DNA from: Alphaproteobacteria bacterium
Lineage (GTDB): Bacteria; Pseudomonadota; Alphaproteobacteria; JAAXGF01
DNA length: 64,000 nt
NCBI GenBank assembly: GCA_963555825.3
Contig: CAUVXB020000002.1
Coordinates: 1-64,000, forward strand
Reading direction: 5' to 3'
In this document: positions 48,116 through 57,303 of the stretch, piece after piece
How positions within the stretch are numbered: position 1 is the first letter of the stretch
Layout of the letters: the number at the start of each line of letters is the position of its first letter
Made by a program: the position numbers and the translations under genes
Notes under the pieces: model-generated
Told to the model about the DNA's origin: nothing
The model's database searches: none
Seen by the model: only the letters and a program-made list of their open reading frames with translations

Positions 48116-50656
48116 ATGCACGACCCCGAACGCGATATCCGCGACATCCCGCTGTCCCAACTCGAACTCTCGCCCGACAATGTGCGCAAGACGCCGGCCG
48201 ATGCTTCGGCCTTCACCGAGCTCAAGGCCTCGATCGCCGCCCACGGGCTGCTCGAGAACCTGATTGCCCGCGCCATGGAACCCGGCACGGATGGTGCCGC
48301 GCGCTACGCGGTGATCGCCGGCGGACGGCGGCTGGCCGCGATGCAGGCGCTGGCCGCCGAGGGCGCGCTGGACGAGGACCACCCCGTGCCCTGCCGCATG
48401 ATCGGAAATATCGTGGCGGCCGAAGAAGTTTCGCTGGCCGAGAACAGTGTCCGCGCCGCCATGCACCCGGCCGATCAGGTCGAGGCGTTCCGCCGCCTGG
48501 CCGATGCGGGCAGCACGGCGGCCGCCATCGCGGCGCGCTTCGGGGTCTCGGAGCGCACCGTGGAGAAGCGGCTGCGGCTCGGCAACGCCGCACCGGTGCT
48601 GCTCGAGGCCTACCGCGCGGGCGAAATCGATCTGGACACATTGATGGCCTTCGCCGTCACCACGGATCATGCGCGCCAGAGCGCGGTCTGGGCGGCGGTG
48701 AGCCAGCAGGGCTACCGGCCCGGCGCTTGGCAGATCAAGCGCCTGCTGACCGAGGACCGGGTTCCGGCCACCTCCGCAATCGTGCGTTTTGTCGGCATCG
48801 AGGCTTACGAGGCGACGGGCGGCAAGATCGACCGCGACCTGTTCGCCGAAGAGGACGAGCGGGGAATCTGGTTCGACGATCCCGATCTCTTGAACAAGCT
48901 CGCCATTGACAGCCTCCAGGTCGCGGCGAGGGAACTGGAGACGCGCTGGAAATGGGCCGAGGCGCGGCTCGACGTGGACTGGAGCGCCACCGCCGCCTTC
49001 GGGCGGGTGCGCCCACAACCGGCCGAGCCGACGGACGGGGAGAAGGCCGAGATCGAACGCTTGCGGACCCGCAACGACGAACTCGCCAACATGGACGACG
49101 ACGGCTGGACCGAAGAATTGGTCGAGGAAGCCGAGTCCAACGAGACGCGGCTCGACGAGATCGAGGCCATGATCGAGGCCCGCGCGGTCTACCGGCGCGA
49201 GGATATCGCCATCGCCGGGTGCATCGCCACCGTCGGCAACGACGGCGAACTCAAACTGATCCAGGGCCTGGTCAGGCCCGAGGACATGCCCGCGCGCGAA
49301 TCCAACGATGCGAACATGGCCGGACAAGACGATACCGGCGACGGGGAGAGCGCCAGTTCCAGCATCGAGGCTCCCACACTTGCGGCTCCCCTCGCTTCGC
49401 TCGGCGATGCGGAAGCCGAGGCGCGCAAGGAAGCGGGCGTCGGCATCGGCCTCGCCGACGACTTGCGGGCCATCCGCACGGCCATCGTCAAGAGCCAGCT
49501 CGCCTGCGACTTCGAGGCGGCCTTCGATCTGCTGCTGTTCCAGCTTGCCCGCGGCGTGTTCACCAACGGCTACCATGACGACGCACTCGACATCAGGGCA
49601 ACCGAGACCCCGGACCGTCCGGCCATGCGGGTCAACGACGATGCTTTCGGCACCGTCAATGTCGGCGAGAAGCACCTCGAGATCGACCGTGCCGCGCAAA
49701 AGCTAGACTGGACCGGCCTGTCCGATGACGAGGCCTTCGCCGAGCTGCGGGCGCTTCCCGAACAAGACAAGCGGACCCTGTTCGCGTCCTGCGTCGCGCG
49801 CACGCTAAAGGGCCAACTGGCGTTCGAACCCAAGGCCCGGGCTGAGGTCGAAGCGACCGTGGCCCGGCTCGACATCGATTTCGCCGCCGCTGTCCGCGGC
49901 AACCGCGATCAGGTCTGGACCGCCGATCTGCTGTGGTCACGGTTGCGCAAGGATCGAATCCTCGCCATCGCCCGCGAAACGCTGGGCGAGACCTGGGCGC
50001 AAGCGGAGGCCAAGCAGAAGAAGGCGGACATCGCCAAGGCGATGCAGGACGCATTCGCCCACGGAGACGATGTGCCCGCCGGGGTCACGGCCGAGGGCCG
50101 CGCCTCGGCAATCGCCTGGACGCCGCCGGGCTTCCGCGCCTTCGATACGGGCACCGTCGACGACAGCGGTGCGGCAGATGACGAGAGGAAAGCCGCTTCC
50201 GATCCGCAACCCGCGGCAGCGGATATGCCGTTGGAGGATGCGCCGGAAGATGATGGCGATGACGCCGACGGTGGCGCCGATCCATCGGGCGCCGACAGCG
50301 ACACCTCGCAATCCGGGGAACCGGGGGCCGGTGCGCTGCCGGACAATGATCCTGAGCCCACTCCGGTGGAGGCGACGCGTCGTCCCATGAACGTGAGCGT
50401 TCCTTGCATCGTCGAGAGCAACGATGCTCCCGCCGTGGCCGAACGCCGCGCCACGGCACTCGCCTCGGCCATGAACGTGGATGCAACGGTCCCGGTTGCG
50501 GCGTCCGCGCCGGAAGTGGCCGGCCCGCCCGCCGCCGACACGGGCGACCATGACGTGTCCGTAGAGCGGGAACAGGTCCTGGCCCCGCCGCGCGGCAACG
50601 GCCGCGACAACAAAGCGGAGTTGCTGGAGATACCGGCCTTCCTGCGCCGCGGCTGA
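48116..50656 (+). CDS. ParB/RepB/Spo0J-family protein with long acidic tail
   Basis: SPDNVRK, SIAAHGLLENL, IAGGRR, AENSVR, HTH AARFGVSERTV; GGAG RBS before ATG 48116. Confidence 0.9.
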   Translation: MHDPERDIRDIPLSQLELSPDNVRKTPADASAFTELKASIAAHGLLENLIARAMEPGTDGAARYAVIAGGRRLAAMQALAAEGALDEDHPVPCRMIGNIVAAEEVSLAENSVRAAMHPADQVEAFRRLADAGSTAAAIAARFGVSERTVEKRLRLGNAAPVLLEAYRAGEIDLDTLMAFAVTTDHARQSAVWAAVSQQGYRPGAWQIKRLLTEDRVPATSAIVRFVGIEAYEATGGKIDRDLFAEEDERGIWFDDPDLLNKLAIDSLQVAARELETRWKWAEARLDVDWSATAAFGRVRPQPAEPTDGEKAEIERLRTRNDELANMDDDGWTEELVEEAESNETRLDEIEAMIEARAVYRREDIAIAGCIATVGNDGELKLIQGLVRPEDMPARESNDANMAGQDDTGDGESASSSIEAPTLAAPLASLGDAEAEARKEAGVGIGLADDLRAIRTAIVKSQLACDFEAAFDLLLFQLARGVFTNGYHDDALDIRATETPDRPAMRVNDDAFGTVNVGEKHLEIDRAAQKLDWTGLSDDEAFAELRALPEQDKRTLFASCVARTLKGQLAFEPKARAEVEATVARLDIDFAAAVRGNRDQVWTADLLWSRLRKDRILAIARETLGETWAQAEAKQKKADIAKAMQDAFAHGDDVPAGVTAEGRASAIAWTPPGFRAFDTGTVDDSGAADDERKAASDPQPAAADMPLEDAPEDDGDDADGGADPSGADSDTSQSGEPGAGALPDNDPEPTPVEATRRPMNVSVPCIVESNDAPAVAERRATALASAMNVDATVPVAASAPEVAGPPAADTGDHDVSVEREQVLAPPRGNGRDNKAELLEIPAFLRRG

Positions 50657-50680
50657 GCCACCGCGTTCTTCCCTCACGAC

Positions 50681-50716
50681 AACGCCCCGCCGGCTTCATA
50701 CCGGCGGGGCGTTTCT
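50681..50716 (+). terminator. GC hairpin after parB
   Basis: AACGCCCCGCCGG-loop-CCGGCGGGGCGTT followed by TCT. Confidence 0.65.
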
Positions 50717-50747
50717 AATTCCCGCATCGACAACCAGGAGTTTCCCA

Positions 50748-52538
50748 ATGTCTACCGCACAGAATGCCGTTACGGCCGAGCCCGGCAATGGTTCAGCCAC
50801 CATCCGCGCCCGGGTGGGCGACAGCGCCATCGACAAGGTGACACGGCTGTTTTCGGCCGGCCTTGCCGATATTTTCACCGAGACGCTGCAAAACTCACGC
50901 CGTGGCGGCGCCACGCGCGTTACCGCGACCATCGAGCAGGACGGAGATACTACCCGCGTTACTCTCATCGACGATGGCGCCGGGATCGCCGATCCTGCGG
51001 TCCTGCTGACCTTCGGCGAGAGCGGCTGGAAGGCCGGCATCGCCGAGGCGGAGGACCCCGCCGGGTTCGGGCTTCTCGCTCTCTCGCGCCGGGGCTGCAC
51101 CCTGCGCTGGCGCGTCCCCGGCGGGGACCCAAGCCCTGGCTGCCGCCTGGTGCTGGAGCCTGTTCACTTTCTCGGCCGCGATGCGGCCCATGTCGTCCCG
51201 GACGACAGCGCCCCCTGGCCGCATGGAACCGCGGTCACCTTCGAGGCGTCCGAGGCGCCCCACGCGGTCCGCGCGTTCCTTGAGACCGCCGCGCGGCATT
51301 ATCCCCTGCCGGTGACCATCGACGGCGCGACCGTCGAGCGCCGTGCTTTCCTCGACGGCGCGTTCCATGTGGAACCATGGAAGGGCCTCGTGTTCGGCGT
51401 CTTCAAGGACAGCCATGCGGGCTACCGCGTCCCCGACGTCAACTTCCACGGCCTGACCCTGCCGGTGCGCCTGCCCCAGGTCGACACGGTGGAAGGCGGC
51501 GTCTGGTCGGCGCGCGCCGACATCGACTCGTGCCCCGATCTGGAGCTGGTATTGCCGGCACGGAAGGAAGCGGTGGAGACTCCGTTTCTGGAAGATATGC
51601 GCGAGGCCGCGCGGCTTGCCGTCTACCGCACCATGGCGCAGGCCGATCCGGCTCCGCGGGTTGCCTGGACCGACTGGCACAGGGCGAAAGAGGCCGGGAT
51701 CGAGATGCCCGAGCCGCCCGCCGAACTGCGCCCCTGGCGTCCCGCCATCGCCGACACGGACTATTGGGACGAGCGGTCCGCCTTTACGGCGGTGGGTTCC
51801 TGCGCGCTGGTGATGCAGGCCGACCCCGAGCCGCCCGAGGCCCAGGCGCTCCATCGCGCCCTCGGCCTTGCCGGGCTCCAGGACGGATCGGAACGCACGC
51901 TCAAGCTGTTCGCCCCCGAGCCGCGTTTCGAGGGTTATCCCTGGTACGACGCGCTCGCGCGCGTCACCGGCATCGAGACCCTTGTTACCGTGGATGGCGC
52001 CGTTCGTTCGCTGGATTACTTCACCAACCGGGAGAACGGCGGCGAGCCGGAACGGCCCGAGACCATCGTGATGCACCTGAATGTCCTGCATCCGCCCAAG
52101 TCCCCGCGCCATTGCTTCCGCAAATGCGACACCATCGCCGTTCCCGCCGATCTCGCATTCGCGGGCGAGGCCTGGTCGTCGGTCCATGATGCGCTGCCCC
52201 TGGTGACGGCGGACAGCGATATCGCGCCCGAGGAACTCGCCCGATTGTTGCGCGCCGCATACTTCAGTCCCAGCGACGACGCGGAGGCGGACTCCTGGGA
52301 GACGCAACTCACCCGCTTCGAGGAAACCGCCCTGCATATGTCGCTCAAGCTCATGTGCTCGGTCGAGGAAGCCCGCCAGCGCACCATCGCCGATGCGGTA
52401 TGGCGGGAAATCTTCTGGCTCATGCCGCGCGACCGCACGGTCACCATCGTGGTGCGCGGCGGCAAGGTCAGCGTCGATATCGGACCCGTATGCACGGAAG
52501 CCGCAATCGATGCCGGTAATGTGGAGATGGTCCAATGA
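50748..52538 (+). CDS. GHKL (HATPase_c-like) ATP-binding protein
   Basis: ETLQNSRR (N box), DDGAGI (G1), AGFG (G2), HGTAV. Confidence 0.75.
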   Translation: MSTAQNAVTAEPGNGSATIRARVGDSAIDKVTRLFSAGLADIFTETLQNSRRGGATRVTATIEQDGDTTRVTLIDDGAGIADPAVLLTFGESGWKAGIAEAEDPAGFGLLALSRRGCTLRWRVPGGDPSPGCRLVLEPVHFLGRDAAHVVPDDSAPWPHGTAVTFEASEAPHAVRAFLETAARHYPLPVTIDGATVERRAFLDGAFHVEPWKGLVFGVFKDSHAGYRVPDVNFHGLTLPVRLPQVDTVEGGVWSARADIDSCPDLELVLPARKEAVETPFLEDMREAARLAVYRTMAQADPAPRVAWTDWHRAKEAGIEMPEPPAELRPWRPAIADTDYWDERSAFTAVGSCALVMQADPEPPEAQALHRALGLAGLQDGSERTLKLFAPEPRFEGYPWYDALARVTGIETLVTVDGAVRSLDYFTNRENGGEPERPETIVMHLNVLHPPKSPRHCFRKCDTIAVPADLAFAGEAWSSVHDALPLVTADSDIAPEELARLLRAAYFSPSDDAEADSWETQLTRFEETALHMSLKLMCSVEEARQRTIADAVWREIFWLMPRDRTVTIVVRGGKVSVDIGPVCTEAAIDAGNVEMVQ

Positions 52539-53035
52539 CATATTTTACCGTCTGTTGCGGTTACGCATCCCACTACCACAACACTGTCCCGGTCGAAGCC
52601 GATACCCTCGACGCGGCGCTGGAAAAGGCCATCGAGCAAGCCGGCGACGATCCCCACTGGAAGTCCGTCGACCAAGCCAGTCAAACATTCGTCGAGGCCC
52701 TGGCCGAGGGCATGGATGCCGACCCCTGGGGCGACACCGCCATCCCCGTTCCCGACCGTTTCACTAAAAAAGGCGAGCCGCCCGTGGTCACGCTGACCGG
52801 CCTCCGCCCGCCCGGCGGCATCGAGGTCACGGGCGGCACCGTCCGCATTCGCATCATTGAACACGCCGGCACGGTCGCGACGGAGGTCACCGATCCGCCC
52901 GCCCCGCCGGGCAACAAACCTCTGGTCACGATCGGACGCAGAGCCGATCGCGCTCTGGATGTGGCCGCCGGCGGAGGCCGTGCACGCGTGCTCATTCTGG
53001 ATCCCGGCGACACCGGACCGCCGCCGGCCGGCTGA
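52535..53035 (+). CDS. Hypothetical protein
   Basis: ATGA overlap with GHKL gene; plausible codon usage. Confidence 0.65.
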   Translation: MTYFTVCCGYASHYHNTVPVEADTLDAALEKAIEQAGDDPHWKSVDQASQTFVEALAEGMDADPWGDTAIPVPDRFTKKGEPPVVTLTGLRPPGGIEVTGGTVRIRIIEHAGTVATEVTDPPAPPGNKPLVTIGRRADRALDVAAGGGRARVLILDPGDTGPPPAG

Positions 53036-53166
53036 CCGCCGTCGGCATTCGTCCATCGCTATCCGCCTGCCTTGCGCCACTCCGGGCCGGGGGCCGTCTT
53101 TCGGCTCGGCGCGGACGGCCTTGGTGCGGCTGCATCCCGATCATCGATATTCGAGAGGACCATTCC

Positions 53167-53547
53167 ATGAAACTGCTCACTGAAGAACAGCGCACGAAGC
53201 TGCTTGCAAATGGGACCCGAAGGGGGGCCGACCACAAGCCCGTGGTCAAGTGGTTTAACCCATGCGGTGCGGGCACTTGGCTGCTGTCCGAACTCGATCC
53301 AGAATACCCGGATGAGTGTGCATTCGGCCTGGCTGATTTGGGCTTCGGCACACCCGAATTAGGGTCGATCGGCTTACTTGAATTGATCGAATACCGGGGG
53401 CCCTTCGGGCTCGGCATAGAGCGTGATATTCACTTTACCGCCAATTATTCCTTGTCAATTTACGCCGAGGCCGCGCGCGCCGCCGGGCATATCGTCGAAT
53501 CGGGACCCGAACTCGAAGCCGCTGCCCGCATCCTCGCCGGCATGTAG
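53167..53547 (+). CDS. DUF2958-family protein
   Basis: PVVKWFNPCGAGTWLLSE, FGLADLGFGTPELG, IERDIHF. Confidence 0.85.
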   Translation: MKLLTEEQRTKLLANGTRRGADHKPVVKWFNPCGAGTWLLSELDPEYPDECAFGLADLGFGTPELGSIGLLELIEYRGPFGLGIERDIHFTANYSLSIYAEAARAAGHIVESGPELEAAARILAGM

Positions 53548-53816
53548 GCGGACGCCGCAGCTTCGGCAAAGCCGGCGAACCGGCCGCGACGGACGGGACC
53601 CGTAAGCGGCAGGGCGGCGTTCCACCGCCGGCAACCCTGAACGGCGGCGCCGCGACCGCTTCCCGGCCGCGCTCCACGAACCCTGCCCGGACATGTGCCA
53701 AGCCACAGGCCGGCGAGAGCCGGTGTCGAAGCCAGGGCCGGGGCAAAGGGCGGGCCGTCCGAGGGGGCCGTCCGCGCCGCAACTCATCCACCCCACCTGC
53801 CAGCCTGGAGCATGCC

Positions 53817-54843
53817 ATGACCGAGCCCGATACCATCTCCGCCGACTACTCGCTGCGCCCGAGCGAACTCGCCAGCACCCTGGCGCTGCTGGTCGAAGCC
53901 CGCCAACCGGTGGTGGTCTGGGGTGCCCCAGGGTGCGCCAAGAGTCAGATCGCCCAACAGGTCGCGGCGCAAGCCGGCCGCGAGTATGTCGATGTCCGCG
54001 CCCTGCTGTTGGATCCGGTCGATCTGCGCGGCATCCCGTGGCGCGACGGCGCCGACCGCACCCGCTGGGCGCCGCCTGCCTTCCTGCCGCCGTCCGACGC
54101 GGACGGAAGCTGGCTGATCAACCTGGAGGAACTGCCCTCGGCCCTGCCGATGGTGCAGGCGGCCCTGTACCAGCTCGTGCTCGACCGCAAATGCGGCGAG
54201 TACGAACTCCCCGAGGGCGCCGCGCTGATCGCCTGCGGCAACCGTGAGGGCGACCGCGGCGTCGTCCACCGCATGCCGGCGCCGCTCGCCTCGCGCTTCG
54301 TCCATCTGGAGATCCGGGTCGATGCGACGGACTGGTGCGCCTGGGGTGCAGCAAATGGAATCGCTCCGGAGGTGCTTTTTTTCGTGTCGATGCGGCCCGA
54401 GTTGTTGCATGCCTTCAACCCCCAATCGACGGAGAAGGCTTTCCCGTGTCCGAGGACATGGGAGATGGTCTCGAACATCGTGCACCGCCGGGGTGGCCTC
54501 GATCCGGTGGCCGAGCGGGCCCTGTTCCGGGGCACCGTCGGCGAGGCCGCGGCGGTCGAGTTCTCGGCCTTCCTGCAAGGTCTGGCACGAACTGCCCCAT
54601 CCCCGCACCGTCATCGACGATCCCGAGGGCGCCGTGGTCCCCGGCAACGCCAGTGCGCTGATCGCGCTCTGCGGCTCGCTCTACAGGATGGCCGACGACA
54701 TCAATCTCGGCGCCATCGTCACCTACGCCACAAGGCTCCGGCGCGAGGTCGGCGAGTTCCTCGTCGGCTCCTGCATCCGCCGCGAGCCCGCGCTCCAGCA
54801 CACCCAGGCCTTCATCCAGTGGGCCGCCGCCAAAACCCGCTGA
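53817..54843 (+). CDS. MoxR-like AAA+ ATPase (frameshift near 54578)
   Basis: WGAPGCAKS, DLRGIP, ACGNR, LASRF, CPRTWE; C-terminus in shifted frame. Confidence 0.8.
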
Positions 54844-54866
54844 CACTACATCAGGAGACCAATGCC

Positions 54867-55763
54867 ATGAACCTCACCCATGACGCCATGCTCGTCAGCC
54901 TGCGGATCAACAGCTGGTCCGGCAGGCTCTACGACCGCCAGGCCAGCCAACAGGTCGCCATCCATAACGATGCCGACACCAACGCCGGGCGCTACAACAA
55001 ACGCCTCCTGCCCAAGCAGGCCTTCGCCGCGCTGGCCGCGACCATGAGCAATGCGAGGACCAGTCACAATGCCAACACCTTGCCCTGGGACGACCAGGGC
55101 GGCCGCCTGCTCACCGTCGCCAACTACGAGCGCTACACCGCGGCGCTGGACACATTGGTCGAGCGCGTGGTGCGCGAGCGCGCCCGCTTCATCGAGGACT
55201 ACGACGATTACGTCGACCAGGCCCGCCTCGACCTCGGCCGGCTGTTCCGCCTCGAGGACTATCCCGGCACGGAGGCGCTCCAGGGCAAGTTCGCCATTCG
55301 CTACCGCATCGTTCCGGTCCCCGACGCGCGCCACTTCATGGCCGATCTGGCCCAGGGCGAGACCGAGCGCGTCAAGCGGGATATCGAGCAACAGGTCCGG
55401 GCCCGTCTCAACGATGCGCAGCGCGATCTCTACCGGCGCCTGGGCGAGGCGGTCGAGCGTGTCGGCGAACGCTTGCGCGAGGACGAGAACGGCAAGCCCC
55501 TGGTGTTCCGCGACAGCCTGATCGAGAACATCAGGGAACTGGTGGACGTCGTGCCCCGGCTCAACATCTTCGCCGACGATGATCTGACCATGCTGTGCCG
55601 GGAGGTGAAGGATAAATTCGCCGGTATCGAGCCCAATGCCCTGCGCCCCTCGGGCCGCTTCGATCCCAACCTGCGCCGGCAGGTCAAGCGCGACGCCGAT
55701 GCGCTCAAGGCGCAATTCGCGGGCTACTTCGCGCCCGCCGCCGAGAACAGGGAAGCAGCATGA
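54867..55763 (+). CDS. Hypothetical protein of AAA-VWA modules (DUF3150-like)
   Basis: AGGAG RBS; MLVSLRINSW, TLPWDDQGGRLL, DYP, FRDSLIEN. Confidence 0.65.
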   Translation: MNLTHDAMLVSLRINSWSGRLYDRQASQQVAIHNDADTNAGRYNKRLLPKQAFAALAATMSNARTSHNANTLPWDDQGGRLLTVANYERYTAALDTLVERVVRERARFIEDYDDYVDQARLDLGRLFRLEDYPGTEALQGKFAIRYRIVPVPDARHFMADLAQGETERVKRDIEQQVRARLNDAQRDLYRRLGEAVERVGERLREDENGKPLVFRDSLIENIRELVDVVPRLNIFADDDLTMLCREVKDKFAGIEPNALRPSGRFDPNLRRQVKRDADALKAQFAGYFAPAAENREAA

Positions 55764-57112
55764 TGGCCGCCCGCTCGGAATCCGCCCGGCGCGTCAGCGA
55801 CTGCGTGACCGCGCTGCTGCGCGACCAGCCCTTCTTCGGCAGCCTGGCGTTAAGGCTGCCGATACGTGCCGACGAAACCCGCGAGACCCTGGCCAGCGAT
55901 GGCAAGGACATTCGCTACGCGCCCCAATGGGTGGCGGACACCGATGCCGACCGGATCAAGGCCGCGCTGGCGCGCGTAGTCCTGGCCTGCGCGCTCAAAC
56001 ATCACACCCGGCGGGGCGGCCGCGACCCGGAACGCTGGCAACGGGCCTCGCAGCTGGTCACCCACGGCCTGCTGCGGGACGCGGGCTTCGTCCTGCCGCC
56101 AGAGGCCGAGGCCTGGGACGGCATCAGCGCCGAGCAAGCCTACGACCGGCTTCCGGAACCATCGGACGGCGGGGCGGACCAGAATAGCGCCACGCCGTCC
56201 GGGGACGGAGACGGCAATGCGCGCACGGACGACCCGCAACCCAGCGACGGTGGTGACGATCAGAACGCTCCGTCCGATCCAACCGATGACGGCAGTCCGC
56301 AAGAGCAGGACGAGCCGGGATCGGGCAGCAACAGCTCGGGCTCGAAACCATCCGGGCAGACGCCGGCCAGCCACGACCCTTGCGGCACCGGCGAGGTCAT
56401 GGACGCGGACGAGCGCCGCGACGACGCCACCGGCCAGTCCGGCGAATCGCCTCTGGACACGCCCGCCGAGGAGCAGGCGTGGGACGAGGCCATGCACCAG
56501 GCCGCGAGCCTCGCACGGGCGCAAGGCAACGCGCCAGGCGCGGTCGAGGAGACGATCCGGCAAGCGCACCGGAGCATCCTCGACTGGCGGTCGCTGTTGC
56601 GCCGCTACATGACCGATGCCGCGCGCCGCGATTATAGCTGGAGTGTCCCCAACCGCCGCTTCATCGACAGCGGCCTCTATCTGCCCTCGATGCATTCGGA
56701 GGGTATCGACGCCATCGCCATCATCATCGACACCTCCGCCTCGCTGCCGGGCGAAACGCTGGCCCTGTTCTGGGCCGAGGTCCGCGAGATCGCCGCCGAA
56801 CTGCAGCCGGACAGCATCTATGTCCTTCAGGTCGACGCGGTGCTGCAGGACGCGGCCGAGTATCCCGCCGGGGAACTGCCGGACAGCATCACGATCAAGG
56901 GCCGCGGCGGGACCGATTTCCGGCCTGGCTTCGCATGGCTCCATGAGCATGGGGTGCATCCAAACTGCTGCCTCTACCTGACCGACATGGAATGCGACAG
57001 CTACCCCGAGGCCGAGCCCGGATATCCTGTGATTTTTTGCAACTGGGGGCCCCCGCCGGGGACAAGGAACCGCGAGCCCTGGGGCGAGCGCATCGACATC
57101 GGACCAGCCTGA
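55760..57112 (+). CDS. DUF2201-type peptidase-like N-domain plus VWA domain
   Basis: QPFFGSL, ASDG, WRSLLRRY, PNRRF..YLPS, MIDAS DTSAS, GRGGTDF, YLTD. Confidence 0.85.
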   Translation: MMAARSESARRVSDCVTALLRDQPFFGSLALRLPIRADETRETLASDGKDIRYAPQWVADTDADRIKAALARVVLACALKHHTRRGGRDPERWQRASQLVTHGLLRDAGFVLPPEAEAWDGISAEQAYDRLPEPSDGGADQNSATPSGDGDGNARTDDPQPSDGGDDQNAPSDPTDDGSPQEQDEPGSGSNSSGSKPSGQTPASHDPCGTGEVMDADERRDDATGQSGESPLDTPAEEQAWDEAMHQAASLARAQGNAPGAVEETIRQAHRSILDWRSLLRRYMTDAARRDYSWSVPNRRFIDSGLYLPSMHSEGIDAIAIIIDTSASLPGETLALFWAEVREIAAELQPDSIYVLQVDAVLQDAAEYPAGELPDSITIKGRGGTDFRPGFAWLHEHGVHPNCCLYLTDMECDSYPEAEPGYPVIFCNWGPPPGTRNREPWGERIDIGPA

Positions 57113-57303
57113 TACCGCGGGCCGCGCCCGCATAATCCTCCATATCCGTGCCCCCGCCCGCAAGGAGGCGGGTTGCGCTGAGGCCGGGTGAACCGGGGCC
57201 GGGAGAGCGAGGACACCGGCTTCCGGCATCACCCGGCCCTTCGCCGGAGCCGTAAGGCCTCGGCCACGGTTCCGGCCCGCCCTTTCCAATTGGGAGATCA
57301 TTC

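Noticed and set aside
53817-55763. 648-aa AAA fusion ORF, and frameshifts in the strawberry-notch and ssb genes as programmed recoding
   Set aside because: A single indel explains the fusion and the second gene has its own RBS. Scattered indels window-wide point to sequencing error.
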